The notes under the pieces are model-generated. The model was not told the origin of the DNA. It did not search any database and saw only the letters and a list, made by a program, of their open reading frames with translations. Shown piece by piece: positions 51,050 through 62,666 of a stretch of 64,000 bases of DNA (its first letter is position 1; each line of letters opens with the position of its first letter). Where the stretch lies: NCBI RefSeq assembly GCF_036321535.1, contig NC_087437.1:104348001-104412000 (forward strand). Reading direction: 5' to 3'. The position numbers and the translations under genes were made by a program. The DNA comes from Camelus dromedarius (lineage: Eukaryota).

Positions 51050-52633
51050 GGGAAGGAGAAATAAATACTTCCGCAGACACAAAAATTTTAGAAGTCTTAG
51101 AAACCCTTTGTAATACAAAGTGTGAGTTTGTTTCACCACATGAGAAAATAACTGTTTTGTAACACTTGGTTATTTCAAAACTTGTTTTTGAATTGTTACT
51201 TATTTTCTTGGCCTTTAAATAAATAATCTTCAACTATATGTTATTATCAATAAGTGTAAGAAAAAGTATTACAAATTCGTATTTTAAGTGTGATGCTCTT
51301 TTTACAAAAGTATTTAATTAAATAATGAAGCAGAATTTCCAGCCTCTTGGGATTTCTGCTTAATGTAAAAAAGAAAAAAAAAATGCTTTCTATGTCTAAA
51401 GATGCATTTCTCTCAAAATTGAAAAAACTGCTCCTTTGATCAAGTCTTATTTTTAGAGCTATAGTTTCACGAAAGCATTCTCTAGTATCATACATAGCAG
51501 TAACTGTGAATCTCTAAAATGTTTACTGAATTATATTATTAAATGTACAACTATCACTGCACTCACAAATCTACTAGAACTTTTTTTTTTAATGAATGAG
51601 AATTCCTTTTTAATCAAATACTTCTGTGTGTCTTTAGGAAACTCCCCTACTTCTGTGTAAAGGAATAAAACTACTTACTATTCCATTCTACATCTTTAAA
51701 AAATCTTCAAGCTTCTAAATGATTGCAAATGAGTCAAGTCCTAACTTTACTAAAACATGATGAATACCTTTCATGAGAAAAGACAAAGCTTTCTTTTTCT
51801 CTTTTAGTATTGTTTGCAGAGTGCTTGTTGACAATATAATACAATACAGAAGTCGTGGTAAGAAAACAGTGAGAAAGAGATCCTTTTCTGAAGTGGGAAA
51901 GGCAGTTGCATTGCTATGCACAGAATATGCTGTATTTGTTCGCCAAGAGCGCAGGCTTTCTTTCAGTTGAAGGCTTGGTAGTTTTCAAACATGTTTCACT
52001 AAGATCTCTCATATTATGCTTGACATCTTTACTTGACAATGTAAAACACATCCTGGTGTGATACTTCCAGACAAAGTCATTGTGTTCTAGCAAAACTAGT
52101 CTGGTAGTGAAGGCACTTACATCTGATCCCTGTTTTTCCAAAGAAATATGCACTCTGATGCATTTTCCAAATGAACATAGACAACTTTTCTACAGTTTGC
52201 CAATATATCGACAAGGAAGTCAGTTTTCTTCCTTTCTTCTTTTGAACACCACCACCACCCCTCTTCCAGTGACGTGATCGGATGTTTTCATCTAACTCTA
52301 AAAGTGCATTTTATTCTGATATTTAGTTAAAATGTTTCTTGTCCTTACCTGTTCAGCAAAAAAGTCAGAAAATAAGGACTAAAACTACAATTTAAATAAC
52401 ACACAGAGAAGTACTGATCTTTTTGTGTCTCCATGTTCGATAATCAAAGTAAAGCCAAATTTTATATATATAAAATTATTTCTTAGTTTTTGGCATTTTC
52501 AAACATAGCCTAGGTCTTGCATGAACAAAAGAACTATCCGTAACCTTAATTATAGAAATTATATTTTTTAGTCCTTTTTAATGGAAAACCATAATAGTAC
52601 ACTGACAGTGACTGAATATTATGAATCTGTGCT

Positions 52634-53168
52634 GTAGTAACTTGCTGTATCAGACAGTCCCTCACTACCACAGGATACTTGACCTCACCTTTCTCTTATC
52701 CTGGCTACCACAGTGCATTTGCTCCAGCTGGTTTCATGGGAGCACAACCTGATAGACTCCCATTATATGCAAGTACCTTGTGAATCTTTCTTTTTCTTTT
52801 TTCTCAAAGCTTATCTTTGATATCATAACAGGACCCTACTCAGTGCCCACATACACAATTTGAAAATGTTGGGAAATTAATGCAAAACTTTGATTAATGG
52901 GAGCTTTTAGCCAAAATATAAAATCTTCCTCCTTCCCTCACCCATGGACAATTTACACATTCTGTTTATTTGTTTTTTTGGTTTGTCTCCAGGGGTTGTA
53001 CAATTTATATTACTGCTCAGGATTCTAGAATGATAATGACTCTCTCACTTTCCCTACTTCATTCTCCTTGTCCCTCACTACTGGCTTGGAAATTATACTC
53101 CTTTTTAAAAGAATAGCTTATGAGCCACTGTCTGAGGTTCTGGTTTGTGGATAACACAGTTTATGACA
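52634..53168 (+). mobile_element. ERVL LTR, LTR16-like
   Basis: Ends ctgtctgaggttctggtttgtggataacacagtttatgaca, resembling the LTR16 end (ctcaggctctgctttctggggaacccaggctaagaca); preceded by ttctccttgtccctcact. Confidence 0.6.
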
Positions 53169-53635
53169 CGTATTTGTTCAAACATAAATTAGTAAGTTAA
53201 AAACATAATTTGCCTTTTTTTTTTTCTAACAGTATCTTCAGAAGTGAAGTCAAAGGAAAGTTGAGTTTTTGGTTTATTTGTTGGTTGTCCAGATTTTCTC
53301 AAGATAACTTAGAAGTCTATAATAAAAAACATCTATTTCTATCATAGTCACATTCTTTAGGCAAAGATATATCTAACCACACCAGTGCCCCAATTTATAC
53401 TTGTAACCAATAGTAGTGTGAGCAGAAACATTAAAAATATCAAAATATAGATATAACCTTATAAGCATAAATTAATTTACCTGTATTGATAACAATCCTA
53501 TATCCTACTATTTTTCCTAACGTGTTGCAGGTTGATTTCAATGTCAATCTGAATACTTTTTTGTTCTGCAGAATAGGAAGTAAACCAGAAAGGCATTATA
53601 TAAGATCAGATCAAACTAAAAGTTGAAAAGTATAT

Positions 53636-53826
53636 GTAGACTAGATAAACAAGATTATACTGTATAGCACAGGGAAATATATACAAGATCTTATGGTAGC
53701 TCCCAGAGGAAAAAATGTGACAATGAATATATGTATGTTCATGTATAACTGAAAAATTGTGCTCTACACTGGAATTTGACACAACATTGTAAAATGATTA
53801 TAAATCAATAAAAAATGTTAAAAAAA
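53636..53826 (+). mobile_element. young lineage-specific L1 3' tail (about 190 bp)
   Basis: tactgtatagcacaggga...aataaaaaatgttaaaaaaa; perfect 19-bp direct repeat TAAAAGTTGAAAAGTATAT at 53617-53635 and 53827-53845. Confidence 0.95.
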
Positions 53827-55489
53827 TAAAAGTTGAAAAGTATATAAAAGTATTGGACTATGTAAAAATATATGAGTAGAGTGTAATGTTGGAAAGATTC
53901 AAGGTGGAAAGTTAACTTAAATTATTGACATATAATGAACGCTGGAAAATAAACCACTTAATTCTATCAGATGAAGGGGCCTAAATCTTTGAATTTGAAA
54001 AGACATGTGCATTTAGAGAAAATAAAAAATGTAGAAGTGGTAGTTGCATCTTAAAATCTGGTCCTGCACATTCTTTATTTATTAATAAATATTTTATTAA
54101 TATTTTAATAAATATTAAACAGTATTGGTTGAAACCAACTTTAAACAGTATTGCTCATTCCCACACATTTTCAATTGGAATAACTATTCTTCACTGTCAT
54201 ATCTGGGTATTGGAATAAAACATATGAACAATTTTGGGGGGAAGTGGTTTATGGCTTAAGCAAGATACATATTTTGAGAGATATTTATTAACCCAGTCTT
54301 GTTTTTTCTTCCTAACTCTGTCAAATATATCCCTAACGTTGAGCAGTGTGCTATATACACATGGCCAACAATACATGTGATTTAGCAACATGAAACAAAA
54401 GCCAGTCAGTTTTTATTTCATATATACAGGCAACATTAGGCAACCTTATGCCCATTCAACTGTAAGCGGGCTGCAGGATCTCTATAATTAAAAGAAAAAT
54501 GGAATAAAACATCAAACCAGAGGCCATGCCTATTAGCATTCATGTTGCATTCATGAAAATCTATACTCAGTTTTAAATATTACTTCAATATGTATCACCT
54601 GATATTAATCCCAGAGAAGAAAATTTTAATGCTTTTTCAGTTTTTGGCACCCCATTTCCTAAGACTGAACTAAAGGAAAGAATTGAAGTGGTAGTGCATT
54701 TATTTGACAAGCTAATTGAAATTGCACAGTAAGTCAGTCCGATTTCCAAGGACAGAAAGGTTAATGGACTGTGCTTCTCTGCACTTGGACAATAGCTGAG
54801 TTTTCGTTACTGAAATAACTGTGATTTCCTCTATTAGTAGTTACATTATTCAAACAGCAATGATATGTTTGAAAGGAAAACTTAATCATTATAAAATAAA
54901 CCCCTTTTAGAATATACAGTTCACGAACTTACACTGAACACACAAGGCCACGTCCTTGTCAGATAATACAAAATGCACATTTCTTATTTTTTCTGTTAAA
55001 AACTGTTGTGACTTCAACTTAAATGTATATAGTGAAATGACACAACCAGAAAGCATTTTAGACAACTGGTATTTAGCCTATTACAATGCTGCTGTAAATG
55101 GGAAACAAGAGCTTTTCTGATACAATTCAGCTCCAGGTGAAAATACATGCAAAGCCTATGTCAGTGGCAATTTTTCCATATGAGGATAATATTTGAAATC
55201 ATGCAGCCAGAAAGTGAAGTTTATGTGAGAAATTAAACTCGGTTAGGAAAGGACAATACATAGGAACAAACTTCACTCTAACTTTTCTAAGTTGAACTAA
55301 GAAAAAAGTGAAGACTTAAAAAGTTGAGAGAAGAGCAAAACACAATCATTTCTATCACCAACTTAGTAATGTTTAATGTCAGCATAAGTGTATTTGTAAT
55401 GTCTCTAAGTTTTCCGTCACTCTGGGATTTGGATAAACATTTAGAAATAATATTTACTATTGTCTTGCTACAAAAATAATTCAGGCTCA

Positions 55490-55745
55490 ATCATGTATTT
55501 ATCACTTCAACAAACATTTGTTAGGATCTACTGTGTGGCAGGGAGTTTCAGAGGTCTTGCAGATTTATCAGTGGATAAAATAAAACGTCTCTGCTCTTAT
55601 AGAACTTGAAAAGAGACTGTAAGAGAGAGAAATAAGCAAATTGAGCATCACTACGATAGTAATGGTAAGAGCTAAAGAAAAGAAATGAAAGAAGTAAGGG
55701 AATATGATAGATCAGAACTGGGCAAGAAGTGGTTGGATAGGTGAT
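55490..55745 (-). mobile_element. L2 3' end
   Basis: ttcaacaaacatttgttaggatctactgtgtggcagg...gtctctgctcttatagaactt. Confidence 0.8.
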
Positions 55746-56037
55746 TACGTAGTTCCATAGTAAGTAGTTTAGAATATATAGAAATGGTAAGTAAGAAGTC
55801 TTTCAAAATCTCCTATTAACTTTTATTCGTGGTCAGCTTGTGTATATTTTGATCGACTCTCTTAAATAATTGATTTTCAGTATGCATACTTTCAGACATG
55901 CAACAGTTACAAAATGAAAAATCATACCTACACGTGGCATTTTTTGGAAGATTTCATTGAAAACAGTATTTTTAACATTTCATTTCATTTTTTAAACTCA
56001 CATTTAAAGATTTTGTTGAATAATATGAATCAATTTA

Positions 56038-56239
56038 AAAATACTGACTAATATACATTAAATAGATAAACAACAAGTTTATACTGTATAGCACAGGGAA
56101 CTATATTCAATATCTTGCAGTAACCTATGGTGAAAAAGAATATGAAAATGAATATACGTATGTTCCTATATGACTGAAGTAGTGTCTTGTACACCAGGAA
56201 TTGACACAACATTGTAAACTGACTATACTTCAATAAAAA
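56038..56239 (+). mobile_element. lineage-specific L1 3' UTR tail, older subfamily
   Basis: aaatagataaacaacaag...tactgtatagcacagggaactatattcaatatcttg...acacaacattgtaaactgactatacttcaataaaaa. Confidence 0.9.
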
Positions 56240-56339
56240 TATATTTAAAAATTTTAAAATAAATATATAAATATATCCAGTCTCTGGATCAATAAATAAA
56301 TAAATAATAAAATATGCAATCAATTTTCAAGTTCTAAGT

Positions 56340-56990
56340 AACTATATTGTCTCTAATTATATTTTTTAATCTGAATACATAATATAGTTATGCTGTATCT
56401 GTAACAATTTATAATCAACAGTGTATGGTTAAGAATTTTTTAAACTGTATAAATTTCTAATTATTAACAAATAGTTCAAGTAATATGAATGGGTCAAGAC
56501 ATGATCATTTTAATATTTTGATACATATTTCTAAGTTGATTCAAAGAAAATAAATTTTAATTTCACCATTACCAGCAGAACATGTACGTTTCTGTTTTCT
56601 CACCCTCAATAGTAAGCAATAGATGGTACATGAAATGACTTAATAAAATAAAGAACAATTTAGTTGATTTTACATGCTGAACTTTTTTCTTATTTTAAAC
56701 TTTTTACTAGTGTCATTGCTACACAACAAATCCATAACACAAATGTGTAGTTTGACGAACTATAAAAAATAATAAATAATAATACTATAAAAACCTAGGA
56801 TAGGAGAGAGAGCCTTGAGTGCCTCCTGGAAACCTTACATGTGCTCTTCCCAATCACAGGCCTATTCCCACTATGATCAGTCACAGATCTAATTTGAGAG
56901 TAAATACTTCCTTTTAAAAACAGTTTTACCATCCAAGTGTGTACCCCTTACGACTATGGTTTAACTCTGTTTTTTTTTTTTTTCCATTTA
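56340..56990 (-). mobile_element. L1ME fragments
   Basis: atgggtcaa...ccattaccagcag...tttctcaccctc; cagttttaccatccaagtgtgtacccct. Confidence 0.55.
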
Positions 56991-56999
56991 TTCTTTATA

Positions 57000-58100
57000 T
57001 CTAAAGATACTGTCTAGATTTCTTGGCAATTAACTTATCGAAAAAACATTATGTTTTTTCTACACAGAGTTCTTTACATTCTAGATTCTGTAGATTTTTA
57101 TCTGCATTACAAACTTTAATATGATTCTCTATGGATTGAAAATTGACTTAAAAAGCTTAATCAAAATCAGGTTCACTGTTTTTAGCAAATTTATTTCACA
57201 GATGGGTTCTTTAGCAGAAGGCTTTTATCATTGGAAGTTTTTTTTTCCAATAGGAATTGAAAACAGTAATATTATAATTCTATCATTTCAGCTATCTGCC
57301 ATAAAAAAAAGAAAATTTGTGTCCTGCCATTTTACTAAGTAGTTTAGTTCTTATACGGAAATGCTTCTGTCTTTTTTCTTGTTGTTGTTCTTTAATACTA
57401 ATTTTCAAAATAATGAATGGAGTCCCTAGTATTTTCCAAAGGTTACTACTTATTTTTGTGTAATGTAGAAGCTATGAAATTGAACAAAGGTGATGCGTTT
57501 CAATCTATAATAGCAATTTTCCTTAATTATCCTCAAATTACTTCTTTTTGGCAGTGGAAACTGTAGTTCCTGAGTCCTCCTGACATGATCCTAAAAGGCA
57601 GTGATTGCCTCCTAGTTACCGAGAATGACAATATGTTCCAAAGACACATTGGACATTTTCTGCCCTGGACTTGGAATAAATAATACTTAAAGAAGTGTCA
57701 TTTTAAGGCTGCAATCTAGGCACTAGAGATACTTATTCCCACTATTTTGTTATTATTTTTAGCCATTTTCAGTTGACAGTGCAATATATGGTAAAATATA
57801 AATTGATTTCTGATACTTCGAATCCAATTCAGGACTGGAGATTCTTTACTTAATCTCTCCTATCTTATATATGAATATTCTTTTAGCACATGAAAAAAAA
57901 TTCCTCAAGGACATTAAGAAAGAATTAAAATACTACATAATTACACAGTTGCTTTATCCCATTTCATACACATATTCTTAAATTTGGATACCAATGCTAT
58001 GACCAGTAATATGAATATTTAAATTATTTTTGCATGTGTTTGCCCCATTCTCTACCCATTTTTACAGTTGTAAGTACATTGCTAGGTATGTAGCCCTCTT
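57000..58100 (-). mobile_element. L1MC4/5-like 3' region
   Basis: tcctgagtcctcctgacatga...atgacaatatgttcca...cattttctgccctggacttggaat...ttttcagttgacag...ctgatacttc. Confidence 0.7.
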
Positions 58101-58199
58101 AAGTAATAATTAGTCTTTCTACACCTTATATCAAACATTTTTTGTCAGTTTTACATGTGAATATATATTTTACTCTTATACACAATTGTTTATCTTGAT

Positions 58200-59050
58200 G
58201 TCTGTTTAGTCATTCTAATTGTCTGAAACTTATTCTATGAACCCTCAAAGGCAATTGTATGTTGATCACAGTTTTTCCTAAGGCCTGTATATTTGAAGTC
58301 AATTTAATTAGAAAATGAATACTTGGCTCATATTTTCTTTCATGATATTTCTTAAATATATATTTTCCCTTTCCCTTTGGCATTAGTATTGCTCTTGGAA
58401 AGTATGAGGATAATCTGGGTATATTTCCCTTGTTTTTCTTGTCTGGACGACAATTTTATTTCTTTTTCTTAAAATCAGTGGTGGACAGTATAGTGCCCCC
58501 CAAAGATGTCCATTTCCTAATCCCCAGAACCTGTGAAAATGTTAACAGGGCAAATGGGACTTAGCAGGAGGTGTGATTGAGTTAAGGCTTCTGATACGTG
58601 GAGATTATCCTGGATTATCTAGGTGGGGGCCAATGTGATCACAAGGTCCTTATAAGAGGGTGGCAGGAGGGTTCAAGTCAGAGAAGCAGCTATTATAATG
58701 GAAGCACAAATTGGAAAATGTGGGGCCCCAAGACAAGAAATAAGGGCAGATTCTTAGAAGCTGGGAAAGATAAGGAAACCAATTCTCCTTTAGAGTTTCC
58801 TGTAGAGCCTCCAGAAGGAACACATTCTTGTTAACTCATTTTAGACTGTTGACCCTCAAAACTATAGGATAACAACTTATTTGTTGTAAGTCACCAAGTC
58901 TGTGGTAATTTGCTACAGCAGCAGCAAAACAAACAGAAACAAAGTCAAACACCTATACTGAAATATGCCTCAGTATTAGCTATTCTTGATTAATTTCCTC
59001 ACGTAAATTGATGTGACCTCTCAATGTACACTTTGAGAATTTATCAGGGA
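58200..59050 (-). mobile_element. HAL1/L1 ORF1-like remnant, split by an MLT1 LTR
   Basis: cttggctcatattttctttc...ttgctcttggaaagtatgaggataatctg; similar sequence continues after 58946. Confidence 0.45.
58477..58941 (+). mobile_element. MaLR solo LTR, MLT1D-like
   Basis: cccccaaagatgtcca..tcctaatccccagaacctgtgaa...ggagattatcctggattatc..ggtggg...agagcctccagaaggaac...tgtggtaatttgctacagcagca; TSD AAATC/AAGTC. Confidence 0.92.
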
Positions 59051-59385
59051 AGAATAGCGTCTTTAATTTCTTTCCCCTAGCATTTTTTTTTTAAATAAAG
59101 TGTATCTAAGATACTTTTTGAGTTAATTTTTGTTTATGGTGTAAGACTTTTTGTACAGATATATTATTCCACTGAATATATATATTATTGTTTCAGAATC
59201 ATTTTCTGAAAAAGTTATTATTTTCCCATTGGATTACCTCATCTCATTTGTCAAAAAAATTGATTATATTTATGTCTGTATTTTTTAATGCTCTCTTCCA
59301 TTTCACTGACCTATATGTCAATTCTTAGGTCAAAAATCACACTTTTTATTATAGCTTTAGTCTAAGTCTTCAAATTGGTGGTATA

Positions 59386-60976
59386 GACCTCCAGTTTCTG
59401 GTCCCCAAGTAAAAAGTTCAGAAGGTGCCACACTGACTTAACAAGTGAAAAAGCTGAATAGACATAAAAAAAAAAACATTGATTTTCTTGGATCCATAAG
59501 AAAGGGGAGGACATAGGACAACCCTCTGCCCCCAGGATTGAAGAGAGGACAGGAGAATACAGGGAGTCACGACTTACCAGAGCAGGACTCGGGAGTGGAA
59601 CTGCTGAGGGAACCAGTGCTGTGGCAGGAAAACCTGGGCTGGAACTAATGAATCCCTGGAGAGCCAGTGGAGACAAGTCTGAGAGTTACAATCTCCAGGG
59701 GGACTGAGTTGTGGGAGGCCTTGCGATATTCTGAGATTTACTTCCAGGAGTTCAACCAGGTTCCCAGAATAATTATTAGAGAAAAATCCCGTCTACCTTC
59801 CTGAAGGAGGAAGGGAAAAGAAACCATCTTGAAATACCCCAGGGCTCTCTGTTCTTCTTAACAAGGCTCGCCCTCAGAGGGAACTAGTTAATCAGAGCCT
59901 AGACTCCTAGGGGTATTATCAGAGCCTAATTGACCTAAGGGAAGGGAAATACCCAAGACCAGCTGCTTGAGCCATTCCGTCCCACCTAAGGAAGAGGAAA
60001 GAAACTGGGAAACACTTGTGGTATTTAGCCCAGAGGCACAGACAACCTAAAAAATCTGAGACCTAATCATAGGGCTGTAGAGCACTCCCCTGCCCTCAAA
60101 CCTCACCACCACATTACTATTTGCAGCAATTCCTTTTACCCAGCACAGACATGCCGTGGAGATTTTGCAGGTTCAGCTCTAGACCACCAGAATAAAGCAA
60201 ATATTGCAATAAAGTGAGTCACACAAATTTTTTGGTTTCCCAGTGCATACAAAGTTGGGATTACACTATACTATAGTCTATTAAGTGTGCAATAACATAA
60301 CACCTAAAGTAAGTACGAACTTGATTGCTAGAAATATACTTTATTGTTAAAATTTTGACCATCAACCTGAGCCTTTAGAGAGTCATAGTGGTAACGTCAA
60401 AGATCGCTGATCACAGCCCATCATAACAAACAAAATAATAATTTAAAAGTTTGAAATGTTGAAAAAATACCAAATTGTGACAGACACACAGTAAGCAAAT
60501 GCTGTTGGAAAAATGGCAGGGGGTAGACTTGTTCAATGCAGGCCTGCCCCAAAACTTCAATTTGTAGAAAAGGCAATATTTATAAAGCACTTCACTGTAA
60601 AGTAAAGAATAAAAAACGAAGAATGACTATACATGATGCTTGGCTGTCAAGAAAAAATTGCAAGACATATTAAAGGACAAAAAACCAGAATCTGGAGGAG
60701 AGAGAACAAGACTCAGCTATATGAGGCAGGGATGTTGGAATTAACAAAATTTAAAAAATTAATTAAAATGCATAAATAAACTTAGTTACCTTCCCTGCCC
60801 CCCCGGAAAAAAAAAATTAAACATTAACAAAGACATGGACGTTCTTAGAAACAACCAAAAAGCATGGCTAGAGATCAAAAATTGTAACAGAAATGAAGAG
60901 TTCCTTTGATGATGGGCTTATTAGTAAACTGAACACGGCTGAGGAAAGAATCTCTGAGCTTAAGAATATCTCAAAT
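59386..60976 (+). mobile_element. L1MC-type 5' UTR plus start of ORF1, 3'-truncated
   Basis: ttatcagagcctaa..gacct..gggaagggaaatacccaa...ctgagacctaatcatagg...; ORF1 start acagaaatgaagagttcctttgatg..gggcttattagtaaactgaacacggctgaggaaagaatctctgagctt. Confidence 0.8.
60146..60629 (-). mobile_element. Tigger1 internal-deletion derivative (Tigger1a-type MITE)
   Basis: Both Tigger1 ends are present (cagacatgcc...gaccaccagaataaagc and ...aaaacgaagaatgacta); TA at right, CA (mutated TA) at left; host L1 reads cccag-TA-catgatg when it is removed. Confidence 0.88.
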
Positions 60977-61284
60977 ACATAGTATAATTTCTCCAACTTT
61001 ATTATTTTTCAAAATTTCTATAACTAAATCAGATACTTTTAATTTCTATGTAAATCTTAAATCATCTCATCAATTAAACAAAAATTATCTGCTGGGTTTT
61101 AATTCAGGCTTTGTGATATCCAGACATTATTAATAAGTAATTAATAGCAACAATATCATTTCCAATCAATGAACATCATATATATCTTCACTCTTTCATT
61201 AATATATCTCCACTTTAATGTAATGTCTTCTATTGGTTTGTTACTGTTCCTTAATTTCCATATTTCAGTGCTATTCTAAATAGT

Positions 61285-61607
61285 TTCACAGTTCTGGAGG
61301 CTAGACGTCTGAGACAGAGCTGTCAAGGTGTCGAGGTGTTGGTGGAGCTGGTGTCTCCGGAGGCCTAGCTTTTGGCTTGTAAATAGCCTAGGTCTCTCTG
61401 TGTCTCAAGCAGGTCTTTCTTCTGGTGATTCTGTACAGGTCCAAATCCTTATAAAGACACTAGCCAGATTGGATCTGGGCTCACCATAACAAGAGCTTTT
61501 CAACTTATTTACGTATTTAAAGACGTCTTTAAATACAGTCACTTTCGGACATACTAGGTGTGAGGGCTCCAACATATGAATTTAGGAACACAATTCAGTC
61601 CTTACTA
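61285..61607 (-). mobile_element. MaLR LTR, MLT1A-like, partial
   Basis: cacagttctggaggctag...cttataaagacactagccagattgga...aaatacagtcac...caacatatgaattt...cacaattcagtcc. Confidence 0.88.
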
Positions 61608-62223
61608 CCTTTCAAGAAACACTTTCCATTGTTGCTTAATATTTGGTAATTATTAATTAAAATGTCCAAATATGAGAGAAGAAAACTGAAATCAGAATTT
61701 TAGAACTGGATAATAACTTAGGAAACCTCAAACCTAGTATCCATGTTTTTAATATGTGTGTCCTGAGGGCCTTTAAAATAAAAGATTTATCCAGTTTAAA
61801 GAGGAAGGTAAGTTAGGACAGGGAGCATCAGGCATATCTCTATGGTCTCCAGAGCATCTTCACTGTTGTTTCCTCCATGTGATGGAATCATATGCCAATT
61901 GTGTATGTTCTTTTAAGACGTATCACATTGCCTCATTTCTTATAATCCGATGACTAGATTTTTCTTTTGAAAAAGAAACACATAATTTGAGCCTTAGAAT
62001 GCATATTCATGGTAAATCAAGAAAAAATTGTTACCAATTTTAATGTGTATGGTTAATGTGAGTGGTTGACTTCTGAATAATTGCAGCTTACAGTGACATT
62101 CACATAAAAGGCGCTCAAGATAATGTATAGGTCAGACATTTATAACATATGGAAAATACAAAGATTTTCAAAATATTGTGAAATAAGTCTTTCTAGAGAG
62201 ACATCTCATAGATTTAATATTAG

Positions 62224-62666
62224 TGTATTAGTTTCCTAGGGCTGCTGTAACACAGCACCACAAACTGAGGGACTTAAACCAACAGAGATTTATTCTCTCA
62301 CAGTTGTGAAAGGTAGAAACCTGAAATCAAGGTGCAGACAGAGCCATGCTCACTCCGAAAGTCAGGGAAGAATTTCCCTGGCCTCTTCCCAGCTTCTGGT
62401 GGTTACTGGTCCCACTTCTTGGCATTCTTTGGCTTTTAGGTGCTTCGCTCCAATCTCTGCTTCTGCTGTCATGTGGTGTTCTCCCTCTATATCTGTCTGC
62501 ATTATCACCTGGCTTCCTTATAAGTTATTGGAAGTATGGCCCACTCTAATTCAGTAGAACCTCATCTTCACTTAATTAATTGCATCTGAAAAGATCATGT
62601 TTCCAAATATGGTCACATGAGATTCTGGGTCGACATGAATTTTGGGAGGACACTTCATCCAGTGCA
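62224..62666 (-). mobile_element. MaLR solo LTR, MLT1B/C-like
   Basis: tgtattagtttcctagggctgctgtaac...tttattctctcacagtt...gcctcttcccagcttctggtggtt...gacatgaattttgggaggacac. Confidence 0.92.

Larger units (their letters stand above)
59095..61215 (-). mobile_element. L1ME ORF2 fragment, interrupted at 59386-60976
   Basis: ttgagttaatttttgt.tatggtgtaag...tatagcttta..ctaagtcttcaaat | tctccaactttatt.tttttcaa...ttccaatcaatgaacat. Confidence 0.75.

Noticed and set aside
54070..54118. AT-only palindromes such as ATTTATTAATAAAT
   Set aside because: Expected by chance in low-complexity A/T sequence.
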